The notes: generated from the letters alone by a model not told the origin. 64,000 nucleotides of DNA from Candidatus Marinacidobacterales bacterium (GCA_965226495.1 OZ245365.1:2528001-2592000), one strand, 5' to 3'; shown: positions 48,048 to 59,888, counted from the stretch's first letter. Program-made: numbers and translations.

Positions 48048-48473
48048 CTACTTGTCGCTCACGATACAGGTTCCCCGGTACAGTCGATAACCCGGATCGC
48101 AATCCCAGTCGTGCCCGGAGAAGTCGACGTGAGCGTTCGCCGGAATCTGGACGACCACGCACGATTAGTCGACTTGCCAGTAGCCTCGATCGCAGCCGCT
48201 TCCGCCAGAATCCAAAAAGGCGTTTATTGGCACTTCGAATATGACACATCCCTCGTTGACCTGCCAGTAGCCACGGTTGCACTCCCATCCGTTGCCGAAA
48301 TAGTTCAGGCCGGCGTTTGGAGGGACCTGGATTGGGACGCATAAGTGATCGACTTGCTGGTAACCTGGGTCGCACTCCCAACCGCTGCCGGAGGGCTTCG
48401 CGTGAGCATTGGGAGACTGCTCGATCGGGTCGGCCGGTGCCGATGCCAGCCCAGGAGCGATACGAACCGTCGC
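48048..48473 (-). pseudogene. Cys-rich four-repeat protein, degraded (absent from the ORF track)
   Basis: Hand translation: PNAHAKPSGSGWECDPGY..C / PPNAGLNYFGNGWECNRGY..C / PINAFLDSGGSGCDRGYWQVD*SC / PANAHVDFSGHDWDCDPGY..C; internal TAA at 48165-48167; no intact start. Confidence 0.75.
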
Positions 48474-48605
48474 TCAACCCATTGCTTCCCGGCTTTCAGT
48501 TCCTGCGACACTAAGACTCTCTCTTTCCTTTCGGGGCGCCTACGAGCCCCCCCAACAACAATGAGGGGGCCCTCTCTGTGATAAAGGCGCGCTATGCCTC
48601 GAGCC

Positions 48606-50258
<1,653 letters not shown>

Positions 50259-50311
50259 TTACTTGCCTTTCTCCGAGCGGACGGCTCGACTTGTTTTGTG
50301 CAAACGCGATG

Positions 50312-50602
50312 TCACGCAATGATCCCAAGCACGTCGTCTTCGCGGAGGATCAGGTATTCCGTATCGTCCAGTGTGATTTCCGAACCGGAATACTTTCCGA
50401 TCAGAACCTTGTCGCCAACCTTGACGTCCAGTGGGAGCTTTTTTCCGTCCTCTAGCACTTTGCCGGAGCCGATGGCGATAACCTTGGCCGTGAGAGATTT
50501 CTCTTTGGCCGTGTCGGGAATGATGATGGAGCCGACTTTTTTTCGGTCGCTCTCCTCGAGGCGCTTAACGACGATATTGTCTTTGATTGGTTTGATTTTC
50601 AT
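50312..50602 (-). CDS. groES: Co-chaperonin GroES
   Basis: MKIKPIKD, IIIPDTAKEK, VKVGDKVL and REDDVLGI motifs. Confidence 0.95.
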   Translation of the reverse strand: MKIKPIKDNIVVKRLEESDRKKVGSIIIPDTAKEKSLTAKVIAIGSGKVLEDGKKLPLDVKVGDKVLIGKYSGSEITLDDTEYLILREDDVLGIIA

Positions 50603-50720
50603 GGTCTTTCCTCTTCCTTTTAAGGTTGTTCGCTCCGAGGTTCTGTGGGTTTCGGTAGGGGCGGTTTCAAGTAACCCGAATTGGTTCAGGATGGATACAG
50701 TTTTCCCTCCTGAGTTAACC

Positions 50721-50750
50721 ATCATAGGTAAACTTAACTGGGCTTGTCAA
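50721..50750 (-). promoter_or_regulatory. Sigma70-like promoter of groES-groEL
   Basis: TTGACA-18 nt-TATGAT on the minus strand; no CIRCE seen. Confidence 0.7.
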
Positions 50751-50993
50751 GTAAATTATTAGAATAAAAAGTCACTTCACTTTATGCAGTTAATCGCTGG
50801 AGAGACGGGCGGGCCCAGCCAGGGGGCAGGAAAGTCCAACAGGGGGCGCGGCTGCCTCACATGGTAGCCCTGCGCATAGTCCTCGCGACGCCGATCTCAT
50901 CACGGAGGAGGCGTGAGGTGTCCTCGTCGCCCACGGACTCGGGTCGTGGGGGCTCAGCGAGAGAGGCTCCCTGACGAGGAGCGCGCGCGGGAC

Positions 50994-52133
50994 TCAGGCA
51001 GGTGCACGCGAGCCCTTCTTGGCGCTTTGCGCGCCGCGCCCGCCGCGCCGTCTCCGACGTCCCAGCGCGACGAGGACGTGGTGCGTGCCCGCATCGTCGG
51101 CGAGAGGAATCGCTTTGGGATCGACCGGTTCGCAGTCGAGCGTTGCCTCCGCGATCCCTCGGCTTCGCCGTTCCGGATTCGAGACGGTGATCTCGTATCG
51201 CGTCCCGCCGAATCGCCACGTGATCCCGTATTCAGGCCAGGACGAGGGGATGCAGGGGTCGATGGCGAAAGTCTCGCCGCGGCGTGTGATTCCAAGAATG
51301 CTTTCCAGACCGGCGCGATACATCCAGCCCGCGGAGCCCGTGTACCAGCTCCAGCCGGCGCGGCCGGCCGACAAGCGGGGACCGTACTCACGCATGCGTT
51401 GAAGAAGTTGCAGAACGAAGGCAGGGTGAAGCACCGCCGGCAAGGGGGGTGGTTTTCCTTGTCCGGCGTGTCCGGCCTGTCCGGCGTGTCCGGCCTCCCC
51501 TGCGGCCTCGATCCCCGCGACATAGGCATCGGCCGCCCGCCGCGCGTCGCGCGCCTCCATCATCTCGTCCGCCAGGCGCCTCAGGTTCTCGATGAGCGCC
51601 AGCTTCAGCATGCTCGGCCAGGCCCAGAGCTCGCCGATCGTCAGCGGAGCGACGGTCTGATAGCTGTTCACAAAACGCAGGAGTTTTTGTCGGTCCAGGC
51701 GACTGTCGCCATGGCGGATGAGCGACACCGCCATGGCATAGACGCGGGCGTGGCCCGCCAGCTCCCGCAACGCGAGCTCGGGGAGCTGGCGGTAGTACCC
51801 TCGCGGAAGGTTGTGGCGGATGTCCCGGACCTCGGAAACCACCAAGTGGAAGTTGTCGAGAAGCCATTCCACCGCCGGCGTGACGAACTCTCCCTCGTGC
51901 ACCTCGTCGGCCAACGAGCGGTACGTGTCGCGGAGGACGCGAGCGTTATCGTCGAAACGTCGAAAGACGCTCCGCGAGCGACGACGGGGATTCGGGTCGA
52001 TCGTGAATCGCGCCGCCAGCGCCTTGGCTGTTTCTTCGAGCCCCTCGACGCTCAAGAGCTCGTCGCGCAGAGGCTTCTCCAGAGGTGCTGCGGGACCGCC
52101 CCGAAAAGAACGCTTCTTGGAGTGCCCGAACAT
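50994..52133 (-). pseudogene. Cyclic beta-1,2-glucan synthase (Cgs/NdvB-like) remnant with a large in-frame internal deletion
   Basis: N-terminal EWLLDNFHLV and LTIGELWA.P.ML motifs fused to extreme C-terminal GH94 motifs GRAGWSWYTGSAGWMY and IDPCIP. Confidence 0.8.
51460..51495. repeat. 18-bp in-frame tandem duplication
   Basis: tgtccggcgtgtccggcc x2. Confidence 0.9.
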
Positions 52134-52382
52134 GGATTCCTTTGATCATCGAAGCTGGTACCGGATGCCAGCGGGAAGACGGGGTTTGGGCGAGGTCCCG
52201 TCTGGAAACGGGATGCCAGACTTCTTCAGAAGAGCAAGAAGCTCCGAGTCGCTAGCGTGTCACCGGCGGGTATCAGGTTTTGCCGGCACGGAAAAGGTCC
52301 CCCTGGATGGGCTCCACAAGGTAGTTTCGGGCGCCTTGGGGGACCTTGTTACGAAGGCTTGTCGTTCTTCGATGATGCGTGG

Positions 52383-52541
52383 TTATTCCGTGGGGACCTT
52401 TGCGACGGCAACCTTCTGCGGCTGCGGGACATTTGCAACCTCCCCTATTTTTTCGGCTAACGCGGAAAACATTCTTCTCCAACGACGCTTCCGCTCGACC
52501 CACCCGTCGTGTTTTCGGCTACTCTGCGACCACTTTCTCAT
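52383..52541 (-). CDS. Candidate 52-aa basic small protein
   Basis: AAGGAGGT RBS before ATG; MRKWSQSSRKHDGWVERKRRWRRMFSALAEKIGEVANVPQPQKVAVAKVPTE. Confidence 0.4.
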   Translation of the reverse strand: MRKWSQSSRKHDGWVERKRRWRRMFSALAEKIGEVANVPQPQKVAVAKVPTE

Positions 52542-52731
52542 TTCGAACCTCCTTCTAGAGAATCATCAATTTTCGTTGAGGCGAGTCGGCATCGCCCCCC
52601 ATCCTTGCGCGCAACCAAAGGCGCGGACGAGAGCGTACAACCCTTCAGGCCACTTTCCTGCTGGCCCAAGGTGGGTTTGAGATAACCCGGTTCATGTTCA
52701 GGGAATCTGAGGCCCGCCCCAGTGCTTCACT

Positions 52732-52760
52732 ATATTAGGTGAATTCACTTGCTTTGTCAA
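52732..52760 (-). promoter_or_regulatory. Sigma70-like promoter with palindromic operator in the spacer
   Basis: TTGACA-17 nt-TAATAT; GTGAATTCAC at 52739-52748. Confidence 0.65.
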
Positions 52761-52818
52761 GTGACATCTGGAATACTTTCTTTAGGTAACTACTTTCGGT
52801 TAATTCGTTAGCCGCCTG

Positions 52819-53724
52819 ATGCAGGAGGTAAACGCCGTCATGGACATGCCATTGGTCATCAAGCAACGCATGGAAGACTTGCGTCTTGAACAAAAAGACC
52901 TGGCCGCCCGCGCCAAAGTGACCGAGTCCTATATTTCGCAACTTCTGACTCGCAAAAAGCCACCCCCGGACCCCGACCGGACCGACATTTACGTCAAGTT
53001 GGAGAAGTTCTTGAAGCTCCCCAAGGGGCAGCTTTCGAAGCTGGCTGAGCTCCAGCGCAAGGAGGACTTGAAGAGGAAGGTCGTCGATCCTCCCGCGCCT
53101 CTGTATGAGGACGTTCGGCACTTGATCCTCCGTAAATGTGACCCTGGCAAAGCCAAACAAATGCACTCCATTTTCGAGAAACAACCCTTCGGGGAGCTCG
53201 AACGCTTGGTCACCCAGAAGCTCTTGGACGTGGTCAAGAGAGTGGCCAAAGAAGAGTTAGAGAGTGAGGAATGGCTCCAACAAGTCGCTCGACTCAGCGG
53301 CCGAAGCTATGAAGAAATGCGCGTCAGTATCCTCGAGTTTCTGGATACGGACGTCTTCCACGTGTCGGTCGAGAATTGTGTAGCGTTCATGGACCCGTTG
53401 ATTGAGTCCTGGGATATCGACCTTGCTACCTTCGGTATCGAGATCGTGTTGAACGGCCGACTGACCGCGGAGCACCTAAAGAAATTCGAGTTCGTTGAAC
53501 GGGAGCTCGAACCCTCTTTCGAAGAAGAGCGGGGGCTCAAAGAGTTTCTCAATGACGGTTCCCTCAGCGGCGATGCCACTGAAGAAGAGGTTGAGTTTCT
53601 GAAGAAACTCAGGTTCAAGGGCAAACAACCCACCCGGCTCTATTACTACCGGGAATTGCAGAACCTCAGAGATCCTCTTCATTTTCGCCCTGCGAGGGCG
53701 CAACGTGAACACGCTCCCAAGTGA
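52819..53724 (+). CDS. XRE-family HTH transcriptional regulator with long C-terminal domain
   Basis: LEQKDLAARAKVTESYISQLL HTH; start may be 52840. Confidence 0.85.
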   Translation: MQEVNAVMDMPLVIKQRMEDLRLEQKDLAARAKVTESYISQLLTRKKPPPDPDRTDIYVKLEKFLKLPKGQLSKLAELQRKEDLKRKVVDPPAPLYEDVRHLILRKCDPGKAKQMHSIFEKQPFGELERLVTQKLLDVVKRVAKEELESEEWLQQVARLSGRSYEEMRVSILEFLDTDVFHVSVENCVAFMDPLIESWDIDLATFGIEIVLNGRLTAEHLKKFEFVERELEPSFEEERGLKEFLNDGSLSGDATEEEVEFLKKLRFKGKQPTRLYYYRELQNLRDPLHFRPARAQREHAPK

Positions 53725-53775
53725 CTACCGTCGGTCTAGCGTGCAGCCGGCGTCGCACGGGCAAAAAGAAATCAT

Positions 53776-54543
53776 TTAGGGCTTCTTCCCTCCCTTTTCC
53801 AGTAACCGCGTTATCAAGTCCACGGGCAAGGGAAAGATGACGGTGGAGTTCTGCTCGGTGGCAACCTCAGTCAAGGTCTGTAAATAACGCAGCTGCATCG
53901 CCATCGGATGTTGCCCCACGATCGCCGCCGCTGCGCTGAGCTTCTCCGAAGCCAGGTATTCGCCTTCGGCGTGAATGACTTTGGCCCGCTTCTCGCGTTC
54001 CGCCTCCGCTTGTTTCGCTATCGCGCGCTGCATCTCCGGAGGCAAATCGACGTGTTTGACTTCCACCATAACGACCTTGATGCCCCAGGGATCGGTGGCC
54101 TTGTCCAAAATATCCTGAAGCTGTATGTTGACTCTCTCTCGCTGCGCGAGAAGATCGTCCAGCTCCACTTGACCCAATACACTACGCAACGTCGTCTGCG
54201 CGAGCTGTGTGGTCGCATGGAGGAAGTCCTGCACCTCGACGACTGCCTTCGTGGGGTGAAGAACCCGGAAAAACAGGACGGCATTGACCTTGACCGACAC
54301 GTTGTCCCGAGTGATGACGTCCTGCGGCGGGACGTCGAGTGCCACCAACCGCAAGCTGATCTTCACCATCTTGTCGATTGGGCTAAAGACAAAGACCAGC
54401 CCTGGCCCCTTCGGCTCCTTTAGGAGTCGTCCCAATCGGAAAACGACGCCGCGCTCGTACTCATTGAGGACCTTGACCCAGTTAAGGAAGAAAATAGCCA
54501 CTACGATGACGGCGAGAACGGCTCCAGTCGACATTTCGAACAT
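53776..54543 (-). CDS. SPFH/slipin (stomatin-like) protein
   Basis: [30 protein letters not shown] and LRYLQTL motifs. Confidence 0.92.
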   Translation of the reverse strand: MFEMSTGAVLAVIVVAIFFLNWVKVLNEYERGVVFRLGRLLKEPKGPGLVFVFSPIDKMVKISLRLVALDVPPQDVITRDNVSVKVNAVLFFRVLHPTKAVVEVQDFLHATTQLAQTTLRSVLGQVELDDLLAQRERVNIQLQDILDKATDPWGIKVVMVEVKHVDLPPEMQRAIAKQAEAEREKRAKVIHAEGEYLASEKLSAAAAIVGQHPMAMQLRYLQTLTEVATEQNSTVIFPLPVDLITRLLEKGGKKP

Positions 54544-54753
54544 TGTTTCGGCCTCTTTTAGCTTGTCTAGCCTGGATAGGACTGGCTTCGACCCCCCAAG
54601 TCTAGTCTGGACCAAGGGCTCGCCACAAGGGGGGATTCTGAGTCTTCCCCCCTTCCCTGGCCCGGGAAAATTTTGTTCGCGTTTTCCTTGAATCCGTGCT
54701 ATCGTTTCCAGCGTAAAGTGTAGTTTTTCTTCTTGCTCAAAAAAAGACAGTCG

Positions 54754-54792
54754 ACCACAGGGAGAGAGAAAAGCACCCTGTGGTTTTTTTTT
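54754..54792 (+). terminator. Intrinsic-terminator-like hairpin inside the cspA leader
   Basis: accacaggg...ccctgtggt followed by a T run. Confidence 0.55.
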
Positions 54793-54868
54793 GTTTTGTC
54801 AGCGTAGAGTCTACACCTTACCGTAACGCCGATCGGGCGAATCTACGAAGAAAGGAGGTAGACTCCGT

Positions 54869-55069
54869 ATGGCAACTGGTACAGTAAAGTGGTTTAACGA
54901 CGGCAAGGGCTTCGGCTTCATTCAGCGTGAAGACGGCCCCGATGTTTTTGTTCACTTTTCAGCGATCGGGGGCGACGGTTTCCGCTCGCTCCAAGAAGGT
55001 CAGAGTGTCGAGTTCGAGGTAACGCAGGGTCCGAAAGGTCCCCAAGCCGCGAACGTGAAGCCTCTCTAA
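54869..55069 (+). CDS. cspA: Cold-shock protein
   Basis: GTVKWFN..KGFGFI and DVFVHFSAI motifs; AAGGAGG RBS. Confidence 0.95.
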   Translation: MATGTVKWFNDGKGFGFIQREDGPDVFVHFSAIGGDGFRSLQEGQSVEFEVTQGPKGPQAANVKPL

Positions 55070-55093
55070 CCGACCGCCGATTTTTGACGTTTC

Positions 55094-55133
55094 AAGCCCC
55101 GCTGGCCCTATTGGTCGGCGGGGCTTTTTTTTT
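55094..55133 (+). terminator. Rho-independent terminator after cspA
   Basis: aagccccgctggcc...ggtcggcggggc followed by T9. Confidence 0.85.
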
Positions 55134-55168
55134 GGTTCGAAGCTCCCACGAGCTCATCGTCTCCTGTC

Positions 55169-55687
55169 ATGAAGCTTGCTGGCCCTGTTAAGAAACTTAC
55201 TTTGTTGTCCGCGGCGGGATATCTGTTTACTTTTGCCCTGGCTGCCAAAGGGATTTTCCTTTTCGGGTCACTGCACCCGCCGAAGGCGGAATTGCTTTCC
55301 GTCGTGGGGGTTGTGAGGCAAGTGCGTGTTGGCGGTCAGGGCAAGTCGACCCGGTTTCAAATCCAATCGGATCGTGGAACTCACCGCTACTCGTCCTACT
55401 ACGGCAAAGTGTGGCCGGGAATGGAGCGCATCCGCCCGGAAGACCGCGTCCGGGTGCTCGCCGAGAGGAACAAGCTAAATAGCAATGAACTGATCGGCGG
55501 CAAACAGTACTATATCTGGGAACTGATTCACCACAATCAGGTCATTGTGACATATGAGGATGTACGTGATTTGGTCAGAGAAAAGGAAACGACCGCAAAT
55601 CGATACGCAAGCGCGGTTCTAGCGGCCAGCGTCGTCTTCCTAGTCATCGCCTATACGCGGAAGCTGTTTCTTGGCCGAGAGCAATAG
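55169..55687 (+). CDS. Hypothetical membrane protein
   Basis: 172 aa with hydrophobic helices at both ends. Confidence 0.55.
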   Translation: MKLAGPVKKLTLLSAAGYLFTFALAAKGIFLFGSLHPPKAELLSVVGVVRQVRVGGQGKSTRFQIQSDRGTHRYSSYYGKVWPGMERIRPEDRVRVLAERNKLNSNELIGGKQYYIWELIHHNQVIVTYEDVRDLVREKETTANRYASAVLAASVVFLVIAYTRKLFLGREQ

Positions 55688-55745
55688 GCCTGCCTTCATC
55701 CTTACTACACGGTAAGGGCCGTGCTCGCCACAGCCCGCACCTGGA

Positions 55746-56077
55746 CTACGGGTCTTCGTCTCCCATATCGAACACGACTTTCCATCGACTGTCTGCCTGA
55801 CGCCGCCAGATCGTGACGTAATTGCCGGTCACCGACTGCTCCTCTCCACCCTCCAGCGTAACCTGCGCTCGTAACGGCCGAACGTATAGCCGAGATTCCC
55901 ATCCGGGGAGACCTCGGCCTCCGCGGCCATGAGCTCCAACTTCCAGACCTCGGGATGGGCAGGGGGATCGGGAGGGGCATCACCGCCTCCGATACAGCCC
56001 GCAAAAAAGCAGGCCAAAGCGAAAAACACAGTTCCACGAGAAGCAATCGCTGGAGCAACCTGCGGATTTGGATTCAT
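55746..56077 (-). pseudogene. NTF2/DUF4440-like lipoprotein remnant
   Basis: Lipobox FAGC; SPDGNLGYTFGRY, then in another frame GNYVTIWRRQADSRWKVVFD. Confidence 0.55.
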
Positions 56078-56171
56078 TCCGGGGTTTTAACACGAGTGGG
56101 GTCTCGGCATAGGGATAAGACGTAATGAAGACGCGTGCGCGGCCAAGCTTGGCCTGGCAGCATGAGGCCCG

Positions 56172-57872
56172 CTATTGGGCGTCGAGCCGGCCGTATATTT
56201 TTTCGCGGTAATCGCGTTCCTCCTCGAGGTTGCCCAACTTGAAGTGGACGTCCGACAGCTTGAGAAAGATGGGATTGGGCTTTTTCCGTCCTTCGAGGCT
56301 TTCCTCGTAGAACTGAAGAGCGGCCGGATGGTCGCCTCGGTAGAACGCGGCGTCCCCTTCCCTTTCAATCCACCTGCTGGGAGAGAGCTGCATCTTCCGT
56401 AAAAGCTCCGCCATATCCCCCGCGTAGCGTAGCGCCTCCTGGTAACGCTTCTGCCAAAGGAGAACATAGAACTTGTGCTCCGCGGTAAGTGCGGTCTCGA
56501 CATAGTCCGGCCAGTCGGCGGGATAGGCCGACTTCAGTTCGCGCACCAACTCTTGGTCCACCCTGCCCCACCACAGTCGCCGGATGCGGGGATCCTCGAG
56601 ATAGCTCGGCAGACTCTCGATCGCGGTCTGGAGCCATTGCTGGGCCGCGTCCAAGTCTCCCCTGGCGATCCCCAAGATCGCCGAAATTCCTGGAAAACGG
56701 GGATCATCCTGCCAGTCGTAATAAATCGAAAGAAAGACGGAATCTGCTTCTTCCCACCGCTCTTCCGAAGTCAACGCCAGAACCGTCGACATAAGATAGA
56801 GCTTCGCTTCCGGGACGAGCTCGCTCGCTCGCATGAAGATTGCCGACGCGCACGTCTCTGACTCGCAGTCGCTCGGTGCCACGCATCCTTGACGCCAGAG
56901 CTCCATACCCTGCAAGAGCCGCCGCAGGTACTCCGGTACATCCTCCGGTAGTGATTGAACCTCCCGGCGCCGGTCCGCTCTCTCATCGAAACGCTCGAGT
57001 TGGCCGAGATCCGCAAGGGTGTAGAGATCGGTACTCGAAATCCCGAAATCCCCGTGATCCAAGGCAGGAAGACACCGTGGCTCTTTATAGAGGCGAGACT
57101 GCCAGTAGTCGAAGAGATCCACGAATAACATCCGGCGGCCGGGAGCGACAAAGGGCGTCTGATGGATGGGACCATCTGCAGTAATAATGATGTCGTCCAC
57201 GTAGAACCGGACGTTCGAGCGGTCGAGGCCGGGAGGGTCGCCAATGAACGAGAACTTTCGGAGCTTGGAGCCCGGTATGCCTACCGCGTTCGGGTGGTCG
57301 ACGATGGAAACAACGGGTTCGTCCTGCCCCTCCTCCGCGATCGTCAGATCATAGGTGCCGCGGTCGATGTCGTAGGTCACGTCGACTACGTACCAGGCGA
57401 ACCCTTCGACGCGAAAAAGATCTTCCTCCTGCCCCGCCGTGACGTGATGGAGAACGCCGTTTTCGGTCTTCAACCAGAAGCCGATGCCGTCCTTCACCAT
57501 CCGGAAATGGGAGAAACCTGCGAGCGCGATGTTCAGCGGCTCGTACGGCTCGGCGACCATGAACGCGAAGTGGATGAACAGCCGTCCGGTCTCTTTGTCC
57601 GGAAAGAAGCCCTGAAGTTCGGCGAACTCGGCGTCTCCTGCCACGGCCCGGATCTCCACCGCACGGTGTCCGCTGAAGGGGTAGGTGGATGAAAGAGAGA
57701 CGCTTCCCTGCGCATCCTCGAAGACACTCAACGTATAGGGTCCGGTCTCTATCTCGCTCCCGTCGAAATCGTACCAGACGAGCACGTGGGCGGCTTCTTC
57801 TCCGGCCTCTTGCCCCACCGCCGTTGCACCCAGGCTGAAGACAAAAAGTCCCCATAAGATTTTGGAGCCCAT
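56172..57872 (-). CDS. Exported hypothetical protein (beta-sandwich plus TPR-like helices)
   Basis: Signal peptide; FYVDDI-ended beta domain; TPR-like C-terminus. Confidence 0.65.
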   Translation of the reverse strand: MGSKILWGLFVFSLGATAVGQEAGEEAAHVLVWYDFDGSEIETGPYTLSVFEDAQGSVSLSSTYPFSGHRAVEIRAVAGDAEFAELQGFFPDKETGRLFIHFAFMVAEPYEPLNIALAGFSHFRMVKDGIGFWLKTENGVLHHVTAGQEEDLFRVEGFAWYVVDVTYDIDRGTYDLTIAEEGQDEPVVSIVDHPNAVGIPGSKLRKFSFIGDPPGLDRSNVRFYVDDIIITADGPIHQTPFVAPGRRMLFVDLFDYWQSRLYKEPRCLPALDHGDFGISSTDLYTLADLGQLERFDERADRRREVQSLPEDVPEYLRRLLQGMELWRQGCVAPSDCESETCASAIFMRASELVPEAKLYLMSTVLALTSEERWEEADSVFLSIYYDWQDDPRFPGISAILGIARGDLDAAQQWLQTAIESLPSYLEDPRIRRLWWGRVDQELVRELKSAYPADWPDYVETALTAEHKFYVLLWQKRYQEALRYAGDMAELLRKMQLSPSRWIEREGDAAFYRGDHPAALQFYEESLEGRKKPNPIFLKLSDVHFKLGNLEEERDYREKIYGRLDAQ

Positions 57873-58017
57873 GATTCCATTGTAACAAGCGGTACTGGAT
57901 CTTCAACGATCGGAACACGTTGACGCCGGTCATGTCGCAGCGGCCCCGCCCTCCAGAACCGAATAGAAGTGGGTGGCGGGAGTGCGGTACCTTTAACGTC
58001 TGCATCCGGAGGGAGCC

Positions 58018-59307
58018 ATGAAGCGTCTTCTTGCCGCCATTTGTTTCGTCACCTGGCCCGCGCTGGCGGGAAACCAGGCTGAGGACTCGTCCGTCGCTTG
58101 GCGGCAGTGGGGAGGGCCGGACCGGAACTTCCATTCGAAGACTACCGGCCTCGCGAAATCGTGGCCGGCCGATGGTCCGCGGCCGCTTTGGAGTCGTCTC
58201 CTGGGCGAAGGCTATTCCACGGTGATCGCGGACGACGGCACTCTCTACACCATGTACCGCGAGGAGGCCCTCGTGTCACAGGCAAGCGAAGATCAAGAAA
58301 TCGTCGTGGCGCTCGATGCCGATAGCGGCGAGACGCTCTGGGAACACCGCTACGACGCGCCCCTTGCCGAGAGCATGCCCCCGGTCTTCGACTTCTGGCT
58401 CAGCCAAGCCGGACCGGGTCCCTATTCCACGCCGCTGATCTCGGGAGATCGGCTCTTCGCGGTGGGCGTTACTGGAAAATTCCACACGCTGAACAAGAGG
58501 ACGGGAGAGGTTCTGTGGACTCATGACCTCCAAGAGGCGTTTGGGATGTCTCTTTCTAGCGGTTATGCCAGTAGCCCCATCGCCTACCGCGACACGGTCA
58601 TCCTGCCGGTCGGAGGAACGGGACACGGGGTCGTCGCCTTTCGCCAAAGCGATGGCACCGTGGTCTGGAAGACGCAGGATTTCGCCTTGGCCCCGGCTTC
58701 TCCCATTCTCATCAATCTCGATGGCGAGGATCAGCTCGTCCTGTTCACTGGAAGCCGGATAGCAGGCCTCGATCCCCGTAACGGCGATCTTTTCTGGAGT
58801 CACCCCCACGAGACCGACTATGGGCTCAACATCAGCACGCCGGTTTGGGGCGACGGTAACTTGCTCTTCTGTTCATCGGCCTATAACGGTGGAAGTCGAG
58901 TGCTTCGTCTGAGCCGGGTGGACGGCAAGACCTCGGCACAAGAGTTGTGGTTCAACAACCGTATGCGACTGCATTTTGGCAACGCCATCCGCATCGGAGA
59001 TTCTGTCTATGGCACGAGCGGCGATTTCGGACCCGCCTTTTTCGCCGCACTCGATATCAATACCGGAACCGAAGCTTGGCGGGAGCGTGGGTTCGGCCGC
59101 TCCCAAATGATTTACGCCGACGGGATGTTGGTCATTATTGATGAGGACGGGGATCTAGTGCTAGCCACGCCGTCGGCCGAAGGCTTGGAAGTACATTCGA
59201 GAGCAGAAGCCTTGACCGACAACGCCTGGACGGCCCCGACGCTGGTTGGAACGACGCTTTATTTGAGGGATCGGAAATCCATCCGCGCCTTCGAATTAGG
59301 CAAATGA
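58018..59307 (+). CDS. PQQ-like (BamB-type) beta-propeller protein
   Basis: WRQWGGPDRN, GEGYST, YASSP and WTAPTLVGTTLYLRD motifs. Confidence 0.85.
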   Translation: MKRLLAAICFVTWPALAGNQAEDSSVAWRQWGGPDRNFHSKTTGLAKSWPADGPRPLWSRLLGEGYSTVIADDGTLYTMYREEALVSQASEDQEIVVALDADSGETLWEHRYDAPLAESMPPVFDFWLSQAGPGPYSTPLISGDRLFAVGVTGKFHTLNKRTGEVLWTHDLQEAFGMSLSSGYASSPIAYRDTVILPVGGTGHGVVAFRQSDGTVVWKTQDFALAPASPILINLDGEDQLVLFTGSRIAGLDPRNGDLFWSHPHETDYGLNISTPVWGDGNLLFCSSAYNGGSRVLRLSRVDGKTSAQELWFNNRMRLHFGNAIRIGDSVYGTSGDFGPAFFAALDINTGTEAWRERGFGRSQMIYADGMLVIIDEDGDLVLATPSAEGLEVHSRAEALTDNAWTAPTLVGTTLYLRDRKSIRAFELGK

Positions 59308-59345
59308 CTCCCCGATGATCGGTAGCTCGCTCGCCCACTACCAGA

Positions 59346-59888
59346 TTACGGCCGCGGTATACGAGCTAGTTGCGACCCTTCAACCTGCTGAGTTGGCAGA
59401 CACACCGTGAAGGTCGTCCCCCTGTTCTCGCCCGGAGTGACCTCGATCCGTCCGTTGTGATCTCGTACGATCTGGTAGCAAATCGCAAGTCCCAGCCCCG
59501 ACCCCACCCCGACTCCCTTGGTCGTAAAGCCGGGATCGAAAATCTTCGAGAGCACGCTCGGTTCGATGCCTTTGCCTGTGTCTTTGAAGGAGACATGAAC
59601 CTGTCCGTCTCGAGAGCGCGTTGAGATAGTGATAGTCCCTTTTCCCTGGATGGAATGCGCAGCGTTCACCAGGATGTTCATGAAGACTTGATTCAACTGG
59701 CTGGGCGAGCACTCGATATCCGGAATGTCACCATAATGCCGTATCACCTCGATTCGGTTCTTGAGCTCGTGGTGCACCAAAGTGAGAGTGCTTTCCAACC
59801 CATCGTGAAGATCCGCCTTCTTCCGCTCCGCCTCGTCGAGTCGCGCGAAATTTCTAAGGCTCCGAACGATCTTAATGAAGGGCTTCAC
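59346..59888 (-). pseudogene. Histidine kinase C-terminal (HATPase) fragment
   Basis: LNQVFMNILVNA, DTGKGI and FTTKGVGVGSGLGL motifs; H-box and sensor missing, stops immediately upstream. Confidence 0.75.

Noticed and set aside
48048-48420. Periodic DNA similarity as a CRISPR array
   Set aside because: Degenerate ~90-bp coding repeats; no identical repeats with unique spacers and no cas genes
50603-50800. CIRCE element before groES
   Set aside because: No TTAGCACTC-N9-GAGTGCTAA present
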